64,000 nucleotides of DNA. Source: a virus. A model generated the notes under the pieces. It did not search any database. It had not been told where the DNA came from and saw nothing but the letters and a program-made list of their open reading frames with translations. Positions 1-9,951 of this stretch are shown here, in pieces (position 1 is the stretch's first letter; each line of letters starts with the position of its first letter). The position numbers and the translations under genes are program-made. The stretch covers positions 64,001 to 128,000 of IMG/VR virus record IMGVR_UViG_3300021406_000010; one strand, 5' to 3'.

Positions 1-1310
1 ACCAGCTCGGGCCGTCCCCAGGCGGGGTCGCGGCCCTGCCACGGGGCGAACATGTCGTCGATCCGGGCGGCGTTCAGGTAGGCGTCGAGGGCAGTCTGCC
101 AATCCGATCGCCTCTCGACGGCGAACGCGTCAGGGTTGGCCTTCTCCTCCCGCGCCATCTCCTCGTCATAGGCCTGGATGGCACCCCGCAGGGACTGCAG
201 CACCGGCAGGCGCTCCGGGTCATGCTCACCGAGGTCGCCAGTGAAGCCCTCCGGGAACAGCGGCAGCAGGTGCGCCCGCTCCCAGTCCTCGTAGATCGCC
301 CAGGACTCCAGCTGGACCATCAGCTTGGTCGGGTAGGCGGGCATCACCTCGCCCGGCTCGGGGGCGGGCTCGGACTGCAGGGAAAGGTTCCACAGCTCGT
401 AGAAGCCGCCGGTCATCTCCCAGGTGGACGAGGGCAGCACGATGAACCCGTCGGTGCCGAACTGGTCGAGCGACGGCCGGGCGGCCTGGTAGATGACCTT
501 GAACTCCCGCGTCACTCCCGCGTTCTTGACGTGGGCCGCCTCATCAAAGCCGAGGATGCAGCCGGCCGGGCCACGGGGGGCCAGCGGGGTCGACTCGCGG
601 GGCACGATCCGGAAGGTGGCCGCGTCGCGGGACGAGTCGATGCCTCGCCGGGCCAGCTCGTGCATCCGGACGAAGTCGTACGGGGCGTAGACGGTCAGCG
701 ACTCGGCCTGCGCCTCGGAGATGTAGGGGGTGAAGCACGGCGCGGTGGTGATCACCGAGTACAGGTCGCCCCACAGGTTCTCCTTCGCCTGCTCGCGCTT
801 CCCGGCGAAGCAGGCGACGGCCAGCGCCTTCTCCTGGGAGATGCCGTAATGGGCCTGGGGGTTGCCGAGGGACAGGTAGTTCCACAGCACGTACGACATG
901 CACAGGGCCGAGAAGTACCCCTTGGAGCCGCGCCGGCCGAACGCCAGGATCAGCTCGGGGAACCACCGGTAGCCGCGCTTCTTCAGGTAGGCGATCCGCT
1001 CGTAGAGGTCAGGCTGGATGCCCTTGGTGCGGGCGGAGAACTTCCCGTCGGCGGCGTCCGGGTTGGTGTCGCGGAACCGCTGCTGCCACTCCGCGATCAC
1101 CCGCCGGTCGTAGTCGGTGAACAGGTCATCGCGCAGGAACGCGATCTTGAGGAGGGTCGACTGACGGGGGTACAGGCCCGGCTTGGCCAGCCACTCCTCC
1201 CCCGTCACGAACGTGACCGGGTCCGGCACCGGCGGCCCGTCGTACCACCCCAGCATGTCCAGCGGGCCGACGGCGGTGGTGTCAGGCGCCTGCCAGCGGC
1301 TGATCGCCAC
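1..1310 (-). CDS. terL: Terminase large subunit, ATPase region (runs off the left edge)
   Basis: Manually translated frame missing from the ORF track: GTG at 1310, MAISRWQAPD...; adenine-binding LYPRQ, Walker A FGRRGSKG, Walker B ILGFDEAAH, coupling motif LPSST. Confidence 0.85.
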   Translation of the reverse strand, partial: MAISRWQAPDTTAVGPLDMLGWYDGPPVPDPVTFVTGEEWLAKPGLYPRQSTLLKIAFLRDDLFTDYDRRVIAEWQQRFRDTNPDAADGKFSARTKGIQPDLYERIAYLKKRGYRWFPELILAFGRRGSKGYFSALCMSYVLWNYLSLGNPQAHYGISQEKALAVACFAGKREQAKENLWGDLYSVITTAPCFTPYISEAQAESLTVYAPYDFVRMHELARRGIDSSRDAATFRIVPRESTPLAPRGPAGCILGFDEAAHVKNAGVTREFKVIYQAARPSLDQFGTDGFIVLPSSTWEMTGGFYELWNLSLQSEPAPEPGEVMPAYPTKLMVQLESWAIYEDWERAHLLPLFPEGFTGDLGEHDPERLPVLQSLRGAIQAYDEEMAREEKANPDAFAVERRSDWQTALDAYLNAARIDDMFAPWQGRDPAWGRPEL

Positions 1311-1593
1311 CGGATGCCCCCGTCGACTGGGTCACCGTGACGATGCCCCGCCAGTCAGGGCGCCCCGTTAGCTCCCAGGCGATGAACCAGACCATGGCCT
1401 CATATCCGGCATTGTGGGACTCCCAGCCGCGCTTGCCCTCGACCTCGTCCCACAGGTCCTCGGCGTCCATGCCGAGGACGGCGGCGACGGCGGTCACCAC
1501 CGGGGGACACTCCGGCTCCTGCCATGCCTCCTCGGCCGCTCGCAGGGCCGTGCCGTAAGCGTCCCACATGAGGCTGATCACGCCAGTCTCCAC
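1282..1593 (-). CDS. Hypothetical protein
   Basis: ORF with GC-rich third positions, fills the gap in the operon. Confidence 0.45.
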   Translation of the reverse strand: METGVISLMWDAYGTALRAAEEAWQEPECPPVVTAVAAVLGMDAEDLWDEVEGKRGWESHNAGYEAMVWFIAWELTGRPDWRGIVTVTQSTGASGGDQPLAGA

Positions 1594-1889
1594 TGATGGC
1601 CCTCGTCGAGGTAGCCATGCCAGCCGTCGTCGGTGGCCGGGTCACCGCCGATCATGGAGCCGATGCTGTTCCTTACCTCCAGCGAGCCGTCGGGGCACTC
1701 CCTGAACAAGTGCGGCGGGGAGCAGACGTGCTGGACGCTGCGCGCCCTGGGCGGGACGCCGGGGTCCCTCGCGTTCGGCTTGAGGAAGAACACCGCCGGG
1801 ATCCCGTTCGTGTAGCCGCCCGTTGGCCCGAAGTAGTCGCCTGGCCGCTCGATCTCCCCCATCGAGGCGACGCGGCGGCCCGTCAGCAT
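1578..1889 (-). CDS. Hypothetical protein (DUF6527-like, C-terminal WHGYL motif)
   Basis: ...DGSLEVRNSI...GWHGYLDEG.W. Confidence 0.5.
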   Translation of the reverse strand: MLTGRRVASMGEIERPGDYFGPTGGYTNGIPAVFFLKPNARDPGVPPRARSVQHVCSPPHLFRECPDGSLEVRNSIGSMIGGDPATDDGWHGYLDEGHQWRLA

Positions 1890-1933
1890 CGCGCCTGCTG
1901 GACACCGGCAATGATGCTTGCCATCCTGTGATC

Positions 1934-2098
1934 ATGTCGACGTACGCGGTGGCCTTCTTCCTCGGGGGCCTCCTGGCCGGATACCCCTGCTACCTGTTCG
2001 GGGTGCACCGGGCGCTGCGCCACCTCGGGTCGGCCGAGTACCGCAAGCGCAAGGAAGAGATCGAGGCCGAGCGGGCCAGGACCCGGCTGCACCTGTAG
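1934..2098 (+). CDS. Small membrane protein, probably leaderless
   Basis: MSTYAVAFFLGGLLAGYPCYLFGV hydrophobic helix then a charged tail; CTTGC-CATCCT 6 nt before the ATG. Confidence 0.55.
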   Translation: MSTYAVAFFLGGLLAGYPCYLFGVHRALRHLGSAEYRKRKEEIEAERARTRLHL

Positions 2099-2199
2099 CC
2101 GGGCATGAGAGCCCGGCGGCAGGCCGCACCGCCCGCAGGGCACCAAGCCGTTCTCGTCGTACGCGCCCAGGCCGTTGCGGCTCCAGGGATGCGGGACCA

Positions 2200-2958
2200 T
2201 CATCCTGGACTCACGGGAGGCAACGGCGCGAGGCCGGCCCGGATCTCGGCGGCAGTAGGCTCCTTGACGTCTCCCCGGAAGCTGGTCCGCCGGTCAGTGG
2301 CAGTCCGCTCCACGGTGGGCAGGTACGGGTCCCATCCTGGGCCATGGTTCGGCGAGAAGGGCCGCCACAGCTCCGCCATCTCGACTCCGGTATCGAAGGC
2401 GAAGTCCTCCATGCATTCATGCCGGTCCACATCGGACAAACGGTCGAACAACCACCGCGTCCAGGACTGCTCGTTATAGGTCGCGGCCGGGACGGGGAAG
2501 TAGTGGTTGACCCGCATCTGCTCGTCATGGCGGTAGGAGTTGGGGCCGTGCCGCTGGACGATGAGGGTCAGGCCGCGCGCCTCGCCCTTGTGCCTGCCGG
2601 GCTTGTCGCGCTGGCAGTCATCCTCCAGCCACACCCGCCAGCCGAGGTGCCGCCGGTACCGGAGGCGATCAACCAGGCCCGCCAGTTCATCCGGGTAGGG
2701 GGCGACCTGGCGCATGAGCGGGGGAGGCTCATCATCCTCCAGCCCGAAGGCCTCCCCTATGCCAAGGCGAAGCGCCAGCTCGTAGTTCCTGGCCGGGGTC
2801 CCCGGCTCCGCTTCGCCGTCCAGGGGGAGGCCGGCCTTAACGCAGGCGGCTTCCAGCACGGCCCGCAGCAGGCCCTCCGCCGCCCTCTCGCCGAGGGCGC
2901 CAGTCGCCTCGTCAATGGACGCGCTGTCGCCGGGGTTCTTCCCGAATGCGCCGCTCAT
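2200..2958 (-). CDS. Hypothetical phage protein
   Basis: 252 aa ORF with a GGAGG RBS and globular composition. Confidence 0.65.
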   Translation of the reverse strand: MSGAFGKNPGDSASIDEATGALGERAAEGLLRAVLEAACVKAGLPLDGEAEPGTPARNYELALRLGIGEAFGLEDDEPPPLMRQVAPYPDELAGLVDRLRYRRHLGWRVWLEDDCQRDKPGRHKGEARGLTLIVQRHGPNSYRHDEQMRVNHYFPVPAATYNEQSWTRWLFDRLSDVDRHECMEDFAFDTGVEMAELWRPFSPNHGPGWDPYLPTVERTATDRRTSFRGDVKEPTAAEIRAGLAPLPPVSPG

Positions 2959-2977
2959 GGTCGGCCCTCCTAAGACT

Positions 2978-3370
2978 TCAGTGCTGGTGCCCGTGCCCTC
3001 GGCTGCCGTCGAGGAAGTTCCGCAGCGTGTCCTTGTCGGTGTGGATCCAGCCTTCCTCGCCGATGCCGAGGACGTCGTGGACCGCCTCGTGGACCCTCTT
3101 GTCGGGGTCGAACGGGGGACCGCCGGGGACCCGGCCGGTGATGGTGACCTCCGGCATCGCGCCGTCCTGCAGCTGGCCGGCCGCCGCGAACCGGTACCAG
3201 TTCACGTCCACCGTGAAGCCGATCGCGGCGAACCGGTCGCGGATCTCGCGCTCGAAGTCCGGGTAGTTGTGCCGCTTGGCGGCAGCGCGCTGGTTCAGCT
3301 CAGCGTGCAGGGCGATGACCTGAACGACTTCCGAATCGAGCAGGTCAAGAACGTTCCCGTCATCCGTCAA
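2978..3370 (-). CDS. Hypothetical phage protein
   Basis: 130 aa ORF overlapping the upstream gene. Confidence 0.65.
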   Translation of the reverse strand: MTDDGNVLDLLDSEVVQVIALHAELNQRAAAKRHNYPDFEREIRDRFAAIGFTVDVNWYRFAAAGQLQDGAMPEVTITGRVPGGPPFDPDKRVHEAVHDVLGIGEEGWIHTDKDTLRNFLDGSRGHGHQH

Positions 3371-3980
3371 GCTGTCCTCCCTGCGGCGCCTCCCCCGCCA
3401 GCACCGCCCGGATCTCCGGGGAGGCGTACACGTCGGCGGTGAACGCCTTCCACTGGGCCGGGGACAGGTGGCGGCGGACGATGGCGAAGAATGACATAAA
3501 GGCTCCCTGCCACGCGGAGGCCTCCACCCCTTCGCCCTTCCGGTCCCGCTCCAGCTGCGCCAGCAGCCGCATCGCGGCCACCATGTCGCGGGGGGCGACG
3601 TCGCCCTCCCCGTGGACGAGCCGCTCGGTACCCCGGGCGATGATCGCGGCGAGGGCGTCCTGCGGGCGGGCCGAGGTGACGGCGGTGTCGTCGCCCCGGG
3701 CGGCAGCCGCCTCCTCGAGCGCGAGGCGGGCCTTGCGGTGCGGCTCGGCGAGGTGCGCGACGTGGGCGCGAAGCGACTCCTCCTCCGGGACGGCGGGGCT
3801 CAGGCCGGCCAGCAGGCGGCGCACCTGGCGCAGCGAGTACCCCTCGGCGAGGGCGGAGTCGATGGAGCGCAGGTGCGGGGACCGGCACGCGGGGCACAGC
3901 GGGTCCCACGGCTTGTCGTGGGCCTGGCCGCCGATGACGACGCGGCGCAGCGGCAGCGGGCCGCTAGTCGTCCCCGTCAC
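3360..3980 (-). CDS. CxxC + HTH protein, candidate terminase small subunit
   Basis: CPACRSPHLRSIDSALAEGYSLRQV...HVAH motif; lies upstream of terL. Confidence 0.5.
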   Translation of the reverse strand: MTGTTSGPLPLRRVVIGGQAHDKPWDPLCPACRSPHLRSIDSALAEGYSLRQVRRLLAGLSPAVPEEESLRAHVAHLAEPHRKARLALEEAAAARGDDTAVTSARPQDALAAIIARGTERLVHGEGDVAPRDMVAAMRLLAQLERDRKGEGVEASAWQGAFMSFFAIVRRHLSPAQWKAFTADVYASPEIRAVLAGEAPQGGQLDG

Positions 3981-4281
3981 TGCCGTCGTCGCCGGTGTAG
4001 GTGTCCAGGCCGTCCTGGGCGCGCCTGACCGGGTACCAGCCGTCGCGGGAGTTCAGGTGCGGGTACTGGGAGTTCCACGCCCTGGAGAACTGCCCCCGGC
4101 GGACGGCCGGGTCGGCGGTGCCGGAGGCCGGGTAGACCTCGTGGTTCCACCTATCTTGTTGTTTCCATTCTGTCAGGATGTCCGACTTGGCCGCGCGGGA
4201 CGTCACCCCCGCTAGGGACGCCTTGATGAGCGCGTCCGCCTGCGCCTCAAGCTCCCTGCAGACCCCGAACCGCATCCGCAC
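3964..4281 (-). CDS. Hypothetical protein
   Basis: 105 aa ORF in a coupled operon. Confidence 0.55.
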   Translation of the reverse strand: MRMRFGVCRELEAQADALIKASLAGVTSRAAKSDILTEWKQQDRWNHEVYPASGTADPAVRRGQFSRAWNSQYPHLNSRDGWYPVRRAQDGLDTYTGDDGSDGDD

Positions 4282-4597
4282 CAGCCCCGCCTCCCTCCCA
4301 TGCCGCCAGCAGCTGTTCCAGGCCCTCGTCGGCGCATGCCGCGATCAGGGTGCCTGACGGCAGGCCCACGGCGGCGGCGGCGTCAGGCTCGCGCATGTCA
4401 CGGTAGAGGAGCATCTCGATGGCCCTCGCGCGCAGTGGCGGCAGGACGCTCGCCCGGCTGGCGTACATGGCCCGCAGGTCAAGGACGGAGTACTGGGTCC
4501 CGTCCGGGGCGGTGATCATCTCCGTTCCCTCAGACAGGTAGAGGGACTCGATGGCCTGAAGGTGCCGGAACAGCTCCCTCAGGTGCGTGAGGTCAAT
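4247..4597 (-). CDS. Sigma-70 region 4-like HTH protein, probable ATT start
   Basis: LPPLRARAIEMLLYRDMREPDAAAAVG resembles sigma region 4; frame is open to ATT at 4597, behind AGGAGGAGG. Confidence 0.5.
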   Translation of the reverse strand: MDLTHLRELFRHLQAIESLYLSEGTEMITAPDGTQYSVLDLRAMYASRASVLPPLRARAIEMLLYRDMREPDAAAAVGLPSGTLIAACADEGLEQLLAAWEGGGAGADAVRGLQGA

Positions 4598-4710
4598 CGC
4601 CCCTCCTCCTCTCAGAGTGCCGGCAGGAAGGCCCGGGGACTAAAGCTCCCTGGCGCGATCATAAGCCATGGAAGGGAGAAGAGGGCATCCCTGGAGGGCC
4701 CGCGCGCAGG

Positions 4711-5409
4711 TCAGGGGGTGCCGATGCCCTCCAGGAACCGCTGCATGCCCTTCATCGACCAGACCACGGCGTCGGCCCGCTTCGAGAGGGAGGCGCGGAA
4801 CACGGCGAAGTAGCGTTCCTCGATCGCGTAGCTCACGCCGTACTGGGTGCGGTCCTCAATCGTCGGCCTCCCGGCCGCCTCATGGCCGGGCATCACCCGG
4901 AACCCCCGGGAGAACCGCTCCTCCCATTCCGCCTTGGCGAACATGGAGTCCGCCCAGATGGAGGCGGCGGCCAGCTCCCACTCGTACATGCGGGTGAACA
5001 TGACGCCAAGCAGGTTCCTGCGGTCCCGGTCCGACAGCCTTCCCCAGTCCTGGACCGGGACGCCGAGCTCGTCCTTCTCCCACATCGGGGAGCCGTCCTC
5101 GTAGCACCTCACCTCGCCGGTCTCCGGGTCCGACAGCGGGACCTGGACGTGCCGGTTGACCCGCTCCAGGACGGCGAACGCCACCGCGAACCGGTCCCGG
5201 ATCATCCCCGCCGCCAGGGCCTCCAGCTCTGCCAGGGCCTGGCGCTCCGCCTGCGGCCAGTCGCGGCGGATCCGGGCCAGCCCGGTCCCCTTGAAGGTGC
5301 GCGCCCGGTCGGGGGCCGTCTCGATCTCCATCGGCTTCTCGTCGCCGGGTTCCAGCGGCCGGTCCATGTCCCGCAGTGCCCGCTCGGCCTGCTCATGCAC
5401 GTCGCTCAC
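4711..5409 (-). CDS. Conserved hypothetical phage protein
   Basis: GTG start overlaps the upstream stop; coding-like codon bias. Confidence 0.65.
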   Translation of the reverse strand: MSDVHEQAERALRDMDRPLEPGDEKPMEIETAPDRARTFKGTGLARIRRDWPQAERQALAELEALAAGMIRDRFAVAFAVLERVNRHVQVPLSDPETGEVRCYEDGSPMWEKDELGVPVQDWGRLSDRDRRNLLGVMFTRMYEWELAAASIWADSMFAKAEWEERFSRGFRVMPGHEAAGRPTIEDRTQYGVSYAIEERYFAVFRASLSKRADAVVWSMKGMQRFLEGIGTP

Positions 5410-5585
5410 CGCTGCTCCCCCAGTAGCCCCCTGCTGGAAGCGCGGGCGATCCGCGCCTCGTGGACCATCGCGTCCCCGGCGGGCACCAGCGGCCCCGCCA
5501 GCTCGTCGCACTCCCCCTGGCTGCCGCACCAGCACTGCCCGCAGTCGGCCAGCAGCACCCGCCGCGCCAGCTCGGCACCCGTCAT
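5406..5585 (-). CDS. Small Cys-rich protein
   Basis: CGQCWC...C...H motif; start/stop overlaps on both sides. Confidence 0.5.
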   Translation of the reverse strand: MTGAELARRVLLADCGQCWCGSQGECDELAGPLVPAGDAMVHEARIARASSRGLLGEQR

Positions 5586-6190
5586 GGCGCCGCCTGGGCC
5601 TTCAGGTCCCAAAGCCACGTCACTCCAGTAGCGATCGAATCGCGGATGTGCTCGTTGTAGCCCCGCCCCGCCGCCTCCGGCACCAGCTCGATGACGGCCG
5701 CGCGGATCCTCTTCTTCCGCTCGTCGCTGCGCACCCGGGCGTCGCCCAGCATGACCGCCGACACGCGGGTGGCGGACACGTCATGGCAGTTGCCAGGGTC
5801 CATGGACCACACCATGAAGCCGGCCATCAGGCTGGACTCGACACGGTACCCGCCGCCCACCGACGGGGCCTCCAGGACCACGTCGGCCGGCCTGACCCGG
5901 TCAGTGACGGCGCTGATGGCGTCGCGCAGCTGCGTGGCCTTGTCCCAGGTGCCCCGGTAGCCGGTCAGGGCGGTGCGCGGTCGGATGGTGCCCTTCTCGT
6001 AGATGACCACGCCGTCCCCGCCCGCCGCCATCAGCGCCCACGCGCAGTTCGTGAGGGTCGCGTCCCAGGCGAGGACCGGGCGGCCCGGCTCCAGGTCCCG
6101 TGCTGTCGGCGGCCTCCACGGCGGGGGCGCGGGCTGCTCCTTCAGCCTGGCCCGCAGCCGCGTGCGGGACTGCTCCACGACGGCGCTCAA
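5582..6190 (-). CDS. RuvC-like Holliday junction resolvase
   Basis: VLAWDATL, VVLEAP and HIRDSIA give the D-E-D RNase H-fold pattern. Confidence 0.75.
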   Translation of the reverse strand: MSAVVEQSRTRLRARLKEQPAPPPWRPPTARDLEPGRPVLAWDATLTNCAWALMAAGGDGVVIYEKGTIRPRTALTGYRGTWDKATQLRDAISAVTDRVRPADVVLEAPSVGGGYRVESSLMAGFMVWSMDPGNCHDVSATRVSAVMLGDARVRSDERKKRIRAAVIELVPEAAGRGYNEHIRDSIATGVTWLWDLKAQAAP

Positions 6191-6963
6191 GCGATGATCT
6201 CCACTCCGCGCTCGTAGTGCGACAGCACGGCCCGGTACTTCGCGGCCACGCCCTCGGCGAACTCCTCGTCGTAGCCGAAGTGAAACTCCCGGGTGTCCCA
6301 CGGCATGCCCATCGTCAGGAAGAACACGATGTACTTCCGCAGGCCGGACAGCCTCATGCACTCCTGCATCTGCGCCCAGTACCTCGGCCACCGCTCCCGG
6401 AACTGGGCGGAGTCCATGTCCCGGATGGCCGGCCGGTCCCTCGTCGCCTTGAAGCCGAAGACGTAGATCGACTTGAAGTCAAAGCCCAGCGGCCCCTCGC
6501 CGCCCAGGTCGAGGATGGCGTCCAGGTGGCAGCGCGACCGGGTCTCATGGTCAGCGAACCCGTGCTCCGTGCAGTACTTCTCCGGGTCGGGCCGGGCGCG
6601 CAGCATCCTGCGTGGCCGGCCGCAATTGGGGCAGCAGGTGGCGGGCAGCGGGACCGAAGCCCCCATCCAGTCGAGGAACGACTCGATGATCGCGTGCCCG
6701 AGGGAGCCGAACATGACGCTCATCATCGACTGGTAGTCCATGTCCTCCGGCCCGGCCTGCCCGGTGAGCCACAGCCACAGCTCGCGGTCGGTGGCCAGGG
6801 GATGCTGGGAGGCGTGGAACCAGCCGTCCGGCTCGCGCCGCACCGGCCGGGACACCATCAGGTTCAGCGTGGCGGGAGCCTCCCGGAGGATCCAGGAATA
6901 GAACAATGGTTTAATCAGGCATCCTTCGGCAGCCATATCGCCAATCCCAGTGATAATTGGCAT
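6187..6963 (-). CDS. Cas4/RecB-like PD-(D/E)XK exonuclease
   Basis: GSLGH, HLDAIL, FDFKS and YWAQMQ motifs. Confidence 0.75.
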   Translation of the reverse strand: MPIITGIGDMAAEGCLIKPLFYSWILREAPATLNLMVSRPVRREPDGWFHASQHPLATDRELWLWLTGQAGPEDMDYQSMMSVMFGSLGHAIIESFLDWMGASVPLPATCCPNCGRPRRMLRARPDPEKYCTEHGFADHETRSRCHLDAILDLGGEGPLGFDFKSIYVFGFKATRDRPAIRDMDSAQFRERWPRYWAQMQECMRLSGLRKYIVFFLTMGMPWDTREFHFGYDEEFAEGVAAKYRAVLSHYERGVEIIA

Positions 6964-7521
6964 CTACGTCACCAACCCCCGGTGAGTCGCATAATAGCTA
7001 CGATTATAATCCCGCTGACAGATGATGCACCGCCTGCCTTTTCCGTTGGATCTGCTATGCGTACTTTCGTCAGTAAACTCATGTCCATTATCGCAGTGAG
7101 TGCGATTGGCTAGCGGGTGATGTCCATTGCGTACGTAGTCATTCATGTTCTGCTGGTGGGTGCCGTAGTACAGGTTGGTGCAGTGATTATTGGAAGGAAC
7201 GTCATCCAGGTGGCAGACTTCAGTGTGGTCAGGGGCTGGCCCGATGAACGATGCCGCGACTAGTTGGTGAACATAGAATCGCCTGACCAGCAGCTTCCCG
7301 GAACCGTCCTTGCCTCCTTCATAAAGACTGACCATCGGATGCCCGCTCTTTGGGTGTACTGGCGTTTTGAGTAGGCCACCACGAGACCCCTGACGCTTCG
7401 CACTTTGCATTCTGCCGCACGAAGAAATTGCGTAAAATCCGTAACCTTCAATGGAAGACCACTCCTCTGAAGCACAGCAGCCGCTGTTGGCCATGTCCCC
7501 TATCCCGGCGATGACGGGCAT
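6964..7521 (-). mobile_element. Free-standing NUMOD4-HNH homing endonuclease, low GC
   Basis: EEWSSIEGY..YAISSCGR, VHQLVAASFIG, VCHLDDVPSNNHCTNL, THCDNGHEF...CIIC; clear drop in GC. Confidence 0.9.
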
Positions 7522-8045
7522 CAGCGGCCTCCCGCGATGAGCTTGCTGGGGTATCTCTCGATGCGCCCCTGGTAGGGCGGGGTCACGCAGTGCCACTGGG
7601 AGAAGTTCCCGGCCGTCCTGCTCATCCGGATCGCCTGCCAGGTCCCGCTGCGCCTCGACCTCGGATCGCGCTCAGGGTAGGCGGGGAAGCCGAACACGGC
7701 GGTGGCCTCCGCGACGAGCCGGGCGTTGCGGTCCTCGTAGGTGGTGCCAGGCGGCATCTCGATGACGGTGACGCGGCCCGGAAGGCCGTCCAGCGCGGGG
7801 TCCTCCCACCAGGGGTCCACCCGGCTGCGGTCAGCGGGGACGATGACCACGTGCTCCGCCCCGGGGCGGTTCACGTAAAGCCACCGGCCGATGGAGGCGT
7901 CCCCGCCGGTGCAGCCTCCGGTCAGGTAGCGGTCAGCGTGCGGGACATGGACCGTGAGCACGTTGGTAACAACGCCCTCGGCTGCCTCGTCGCTCAGGCT
8001 CCTGGCGGCGGTGAAGGACACCGTGGCCAGGCTGGCGGGAGTCAC
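7521..8045 (-). CDS. SLOG (DprA/YspA-like) nucleotide-binding protein
   Basis: TGGCTGGD, RNARLV and SGTWQAI motifs. Confidence 0.7.
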   Translation of the reverse strand: MTPASLATVSFTAARSLSDEAAEGVVTNVLTVHVPHADRYLTGGCTGGDASIGRWLYVNRPGAEHVVIVPADRSRVDPWWEDPALDGLPGRVTVIEMPPGTTYEDRNARLVAEATAVFGFPAYPERDPRSRRSGTWQAIRMSRTAGNFSQWHCVTPPYQGRIERYPSKLIAGGR

Positions 8046-8887
8046 CCGACCTCGATCGACGGATCGGACGCGCACACCCGGACGACCAGCTTCCCGTCCG
8101 CGTACAGGTCGCCGTCGGGGACCCGCAGGTCGTTGACGACCAGGCGCGGCCGGTTGGACGAATCGGGGGACCGCTCGACGCGCACCGAGCTGACCCCGAA
8201 GAGAAGCTGGTGGCCCTGCTCGTCGTAGGCGATGCCGGACCGGACCAGGCGGTCCGGCACCTGCACTGATTCTGGCACCCGCGCAGAGTGGATAACGCGC
8301 CATGGCAGCCGGGGTATGTACGGCGGAACCTCGGGAGCTCCTTCGCGGGCCTCGGCCAGGGCGGCAAGGGCCTCGGCCAGGGCGTCGGACAGCTTCCTGG
8401 CAGCCTGTTTTGCCGCGTCCGCCCTGGCGTTGGCATTCTCCAGGCGCACCTCAGCCGTGGCGACCTCGGCCCGCATCCGGTCCAGCTCCTCGCGAAGCTC
8501 GGGGAGGGTGCTGAGGGAGGCCTCGACCTCCTCCCACTTGCGCGCCGCCTCCAGGATCTCGGACAGGTCCACGTCCCGGATGGCGACCAGGTCCCAGGCG
8601 ACCTCGGTCAGCTTGCCGTTGGCGTACCACCGCATCGGCAGCGCGATCCGGTCTCCCTGCGCCTGCTCGTTCAGCTTGTCGAGCATCTTCCGGGTGATGG
8701 TGATTGACTCGCCCAGCGTCGACTTCCCGTCCCACCGGAAGGTCCACTGCCCGCCTAGCGGCGTGTGCCCGTCCAGCTGGTCGTCCCACTGGTTGCCGCT
8801 GCTGCCCGTCTTCTGGCCGCCGAGCACCCGGGCGGTGTGCAGCTCGTGCAAGCGCCCCATCTCGGCCGTGGGGGAAGTCCCCGTCAT
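8042..8887 (-). CDS. Restriction-fold (HJR-like) nuclease with a coiled coil
   Basis: SSGNQWDDQLDG...WDGKST.GESITIT. Confidence 0.55.
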   Translation of the reverse strand: MTGTSPTAEMGRLHELHTARVLGGQKTGSSGNQWDDQLDGHTPLGGQWTFRWDGKSTLGESITITRKMLDKLNEQAQGDRIALPMRWYANGKLTEVAWDLVAIRDVDLSEILEAARKWEEVEASLSTLPELREELDRMRAEVATAEVRLENANARADAAKQAARKLSDALAEALAALAEAREGAPEVPPYIPRLPWRVIHSARVPESVQVPDRLVRSGIAYDEQGHQLLFGVSSVRVERSPDSSNRPRLVVNDLRVPDGDLYADGKLVVRVCASDPSIEVG

Positions 8888-9951
8888 GGCGTGCCTTCCT
8901 CGTCTTCGTCCTCGTCCTTCGGGTCCTCGAAGGGGATCGCGGCCCGCACCTCGTCACGCGCCTCCTGGCTAGCCCGCAGCCTGGTCAGCACGGCGGCCTC
9001 GCCATGGAGCCGGTCGCCGCCTGGCATCACGTAGTAGCCGCCGGGCTGCTGGTCTATCGCCTTCAGCCGCACCCCCAGCTTCAGGTGCTCGTGGGCGGAA
9101 TCGATGCCCTGCGGACCATGCTCCTCGGTCGCCTGGCTGTTGATCCAGAACTCGGCCACCCGGGACGAGGCGCCGGTCTTCAGCCGGGAGACCCGCGCCC
9201 GGCTCAGCCGACCGGTTACCTCCTCCTCGCCCCAGTAGGCGCCCTTGCGCTGGCTGCCCTGCGCGAATACCTGCGCCATCTCGATCTTGGCGGTAGTCGC
9301 GTGCTGCATCGCCTTCGGCCCGGCCGACACGTCACCGCTCATCATCGATCCTGGATTGGCGCGGTACTGGTTGACCAGCAGGATGGTGACGCCATTGTCC
9401 CGGGCGAGGGTGGCGAGGTGCTTGGACATCCTGGTGATCACCTGGGCGTTCTTGCCGACCAGGTCCTTCTCCGCGTCCTTGTCCAGGGCCTTCTTGCTCT
9501 CCAGGCCGCCTATCGAGTCGACGATGATCAGCGACGCGAGGCCGCTGGCGCACCACTCCCGGGCCATGTCGCTGGCCGTCTCGGAGTCCGGCGGGAAGGG
9601 ATGGTTCCAGCGGCCCGCCTGGCGTGCCCGCTTCGAGCAGTCCACCCCGATGGCGGTAGCCCAGGCGGGCTTGAAGGTGCCCTCGATGTCCTCGTAGACG
9701 ACCCCCAGGTCCGGGAACATTCGCTGGTAGTTGACGGCGGCTGACAGTACCAGGGAGCTTTTCCCGGCGTCCTTCACGCCGACCAGCTCGTAGATGCGGC
9801 CCCGCCGGAATCCGCCCTCGCGCAGCGCCCAGTCCACGGCGATCGACCCGGAGGGAACTATCTCGGCAGCAGGCCGGACCAGCCCCGCCTGGCGCTCCCC
9901 GTAGGACCTCCCCATCTTCGCGGCGAAGGCCGCAAGCTGGCGGGCGGTCAC
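8884..9951 (-). CDS. recA: RecA-like recombinase
   Basis: PSGSIAVD, GRIYELVGVKDAGKSS, IIVDSIG, LLVNQYR. Confidence 0.92.
   Translation of the reverse strand: MTARQLAAFAAKMGRSYGERQAGLVRPAAEIVPSGSIAVDWALREGGFRRGRIYELVGVKDAGKSSLVLSAAVNYQRMFPDLGVVYEDIEGTFKPAWATAIGVDCSKRARQAGRWNHPFPPDSETASDMAREWCASGLASLIIVDSIGGLESKKALDKDAEKDLVGKNAQVITRMSKHLATLARDNGVTILLVNQYRANPGSMMSGDVSAGPKAMQHATTAKIEMAQVFAQGSQRKGAYWGEEEVTGRLSRARVSRLKTGASSRVAEFWINSQATEEHGPQGIDSAHEHLKLGVRLKAIDQQPGGYYVMPGGDRLHGEAAVLTRLRASQEARDEVRAAIPFEDPKDEDEDEEGTP

Noticed and set aside
6187-6963. Cas4 as evidence of a CRISPR-Cas system
   Set aside because: Solo Cas4-like exonucleases are common in phage recombination modules
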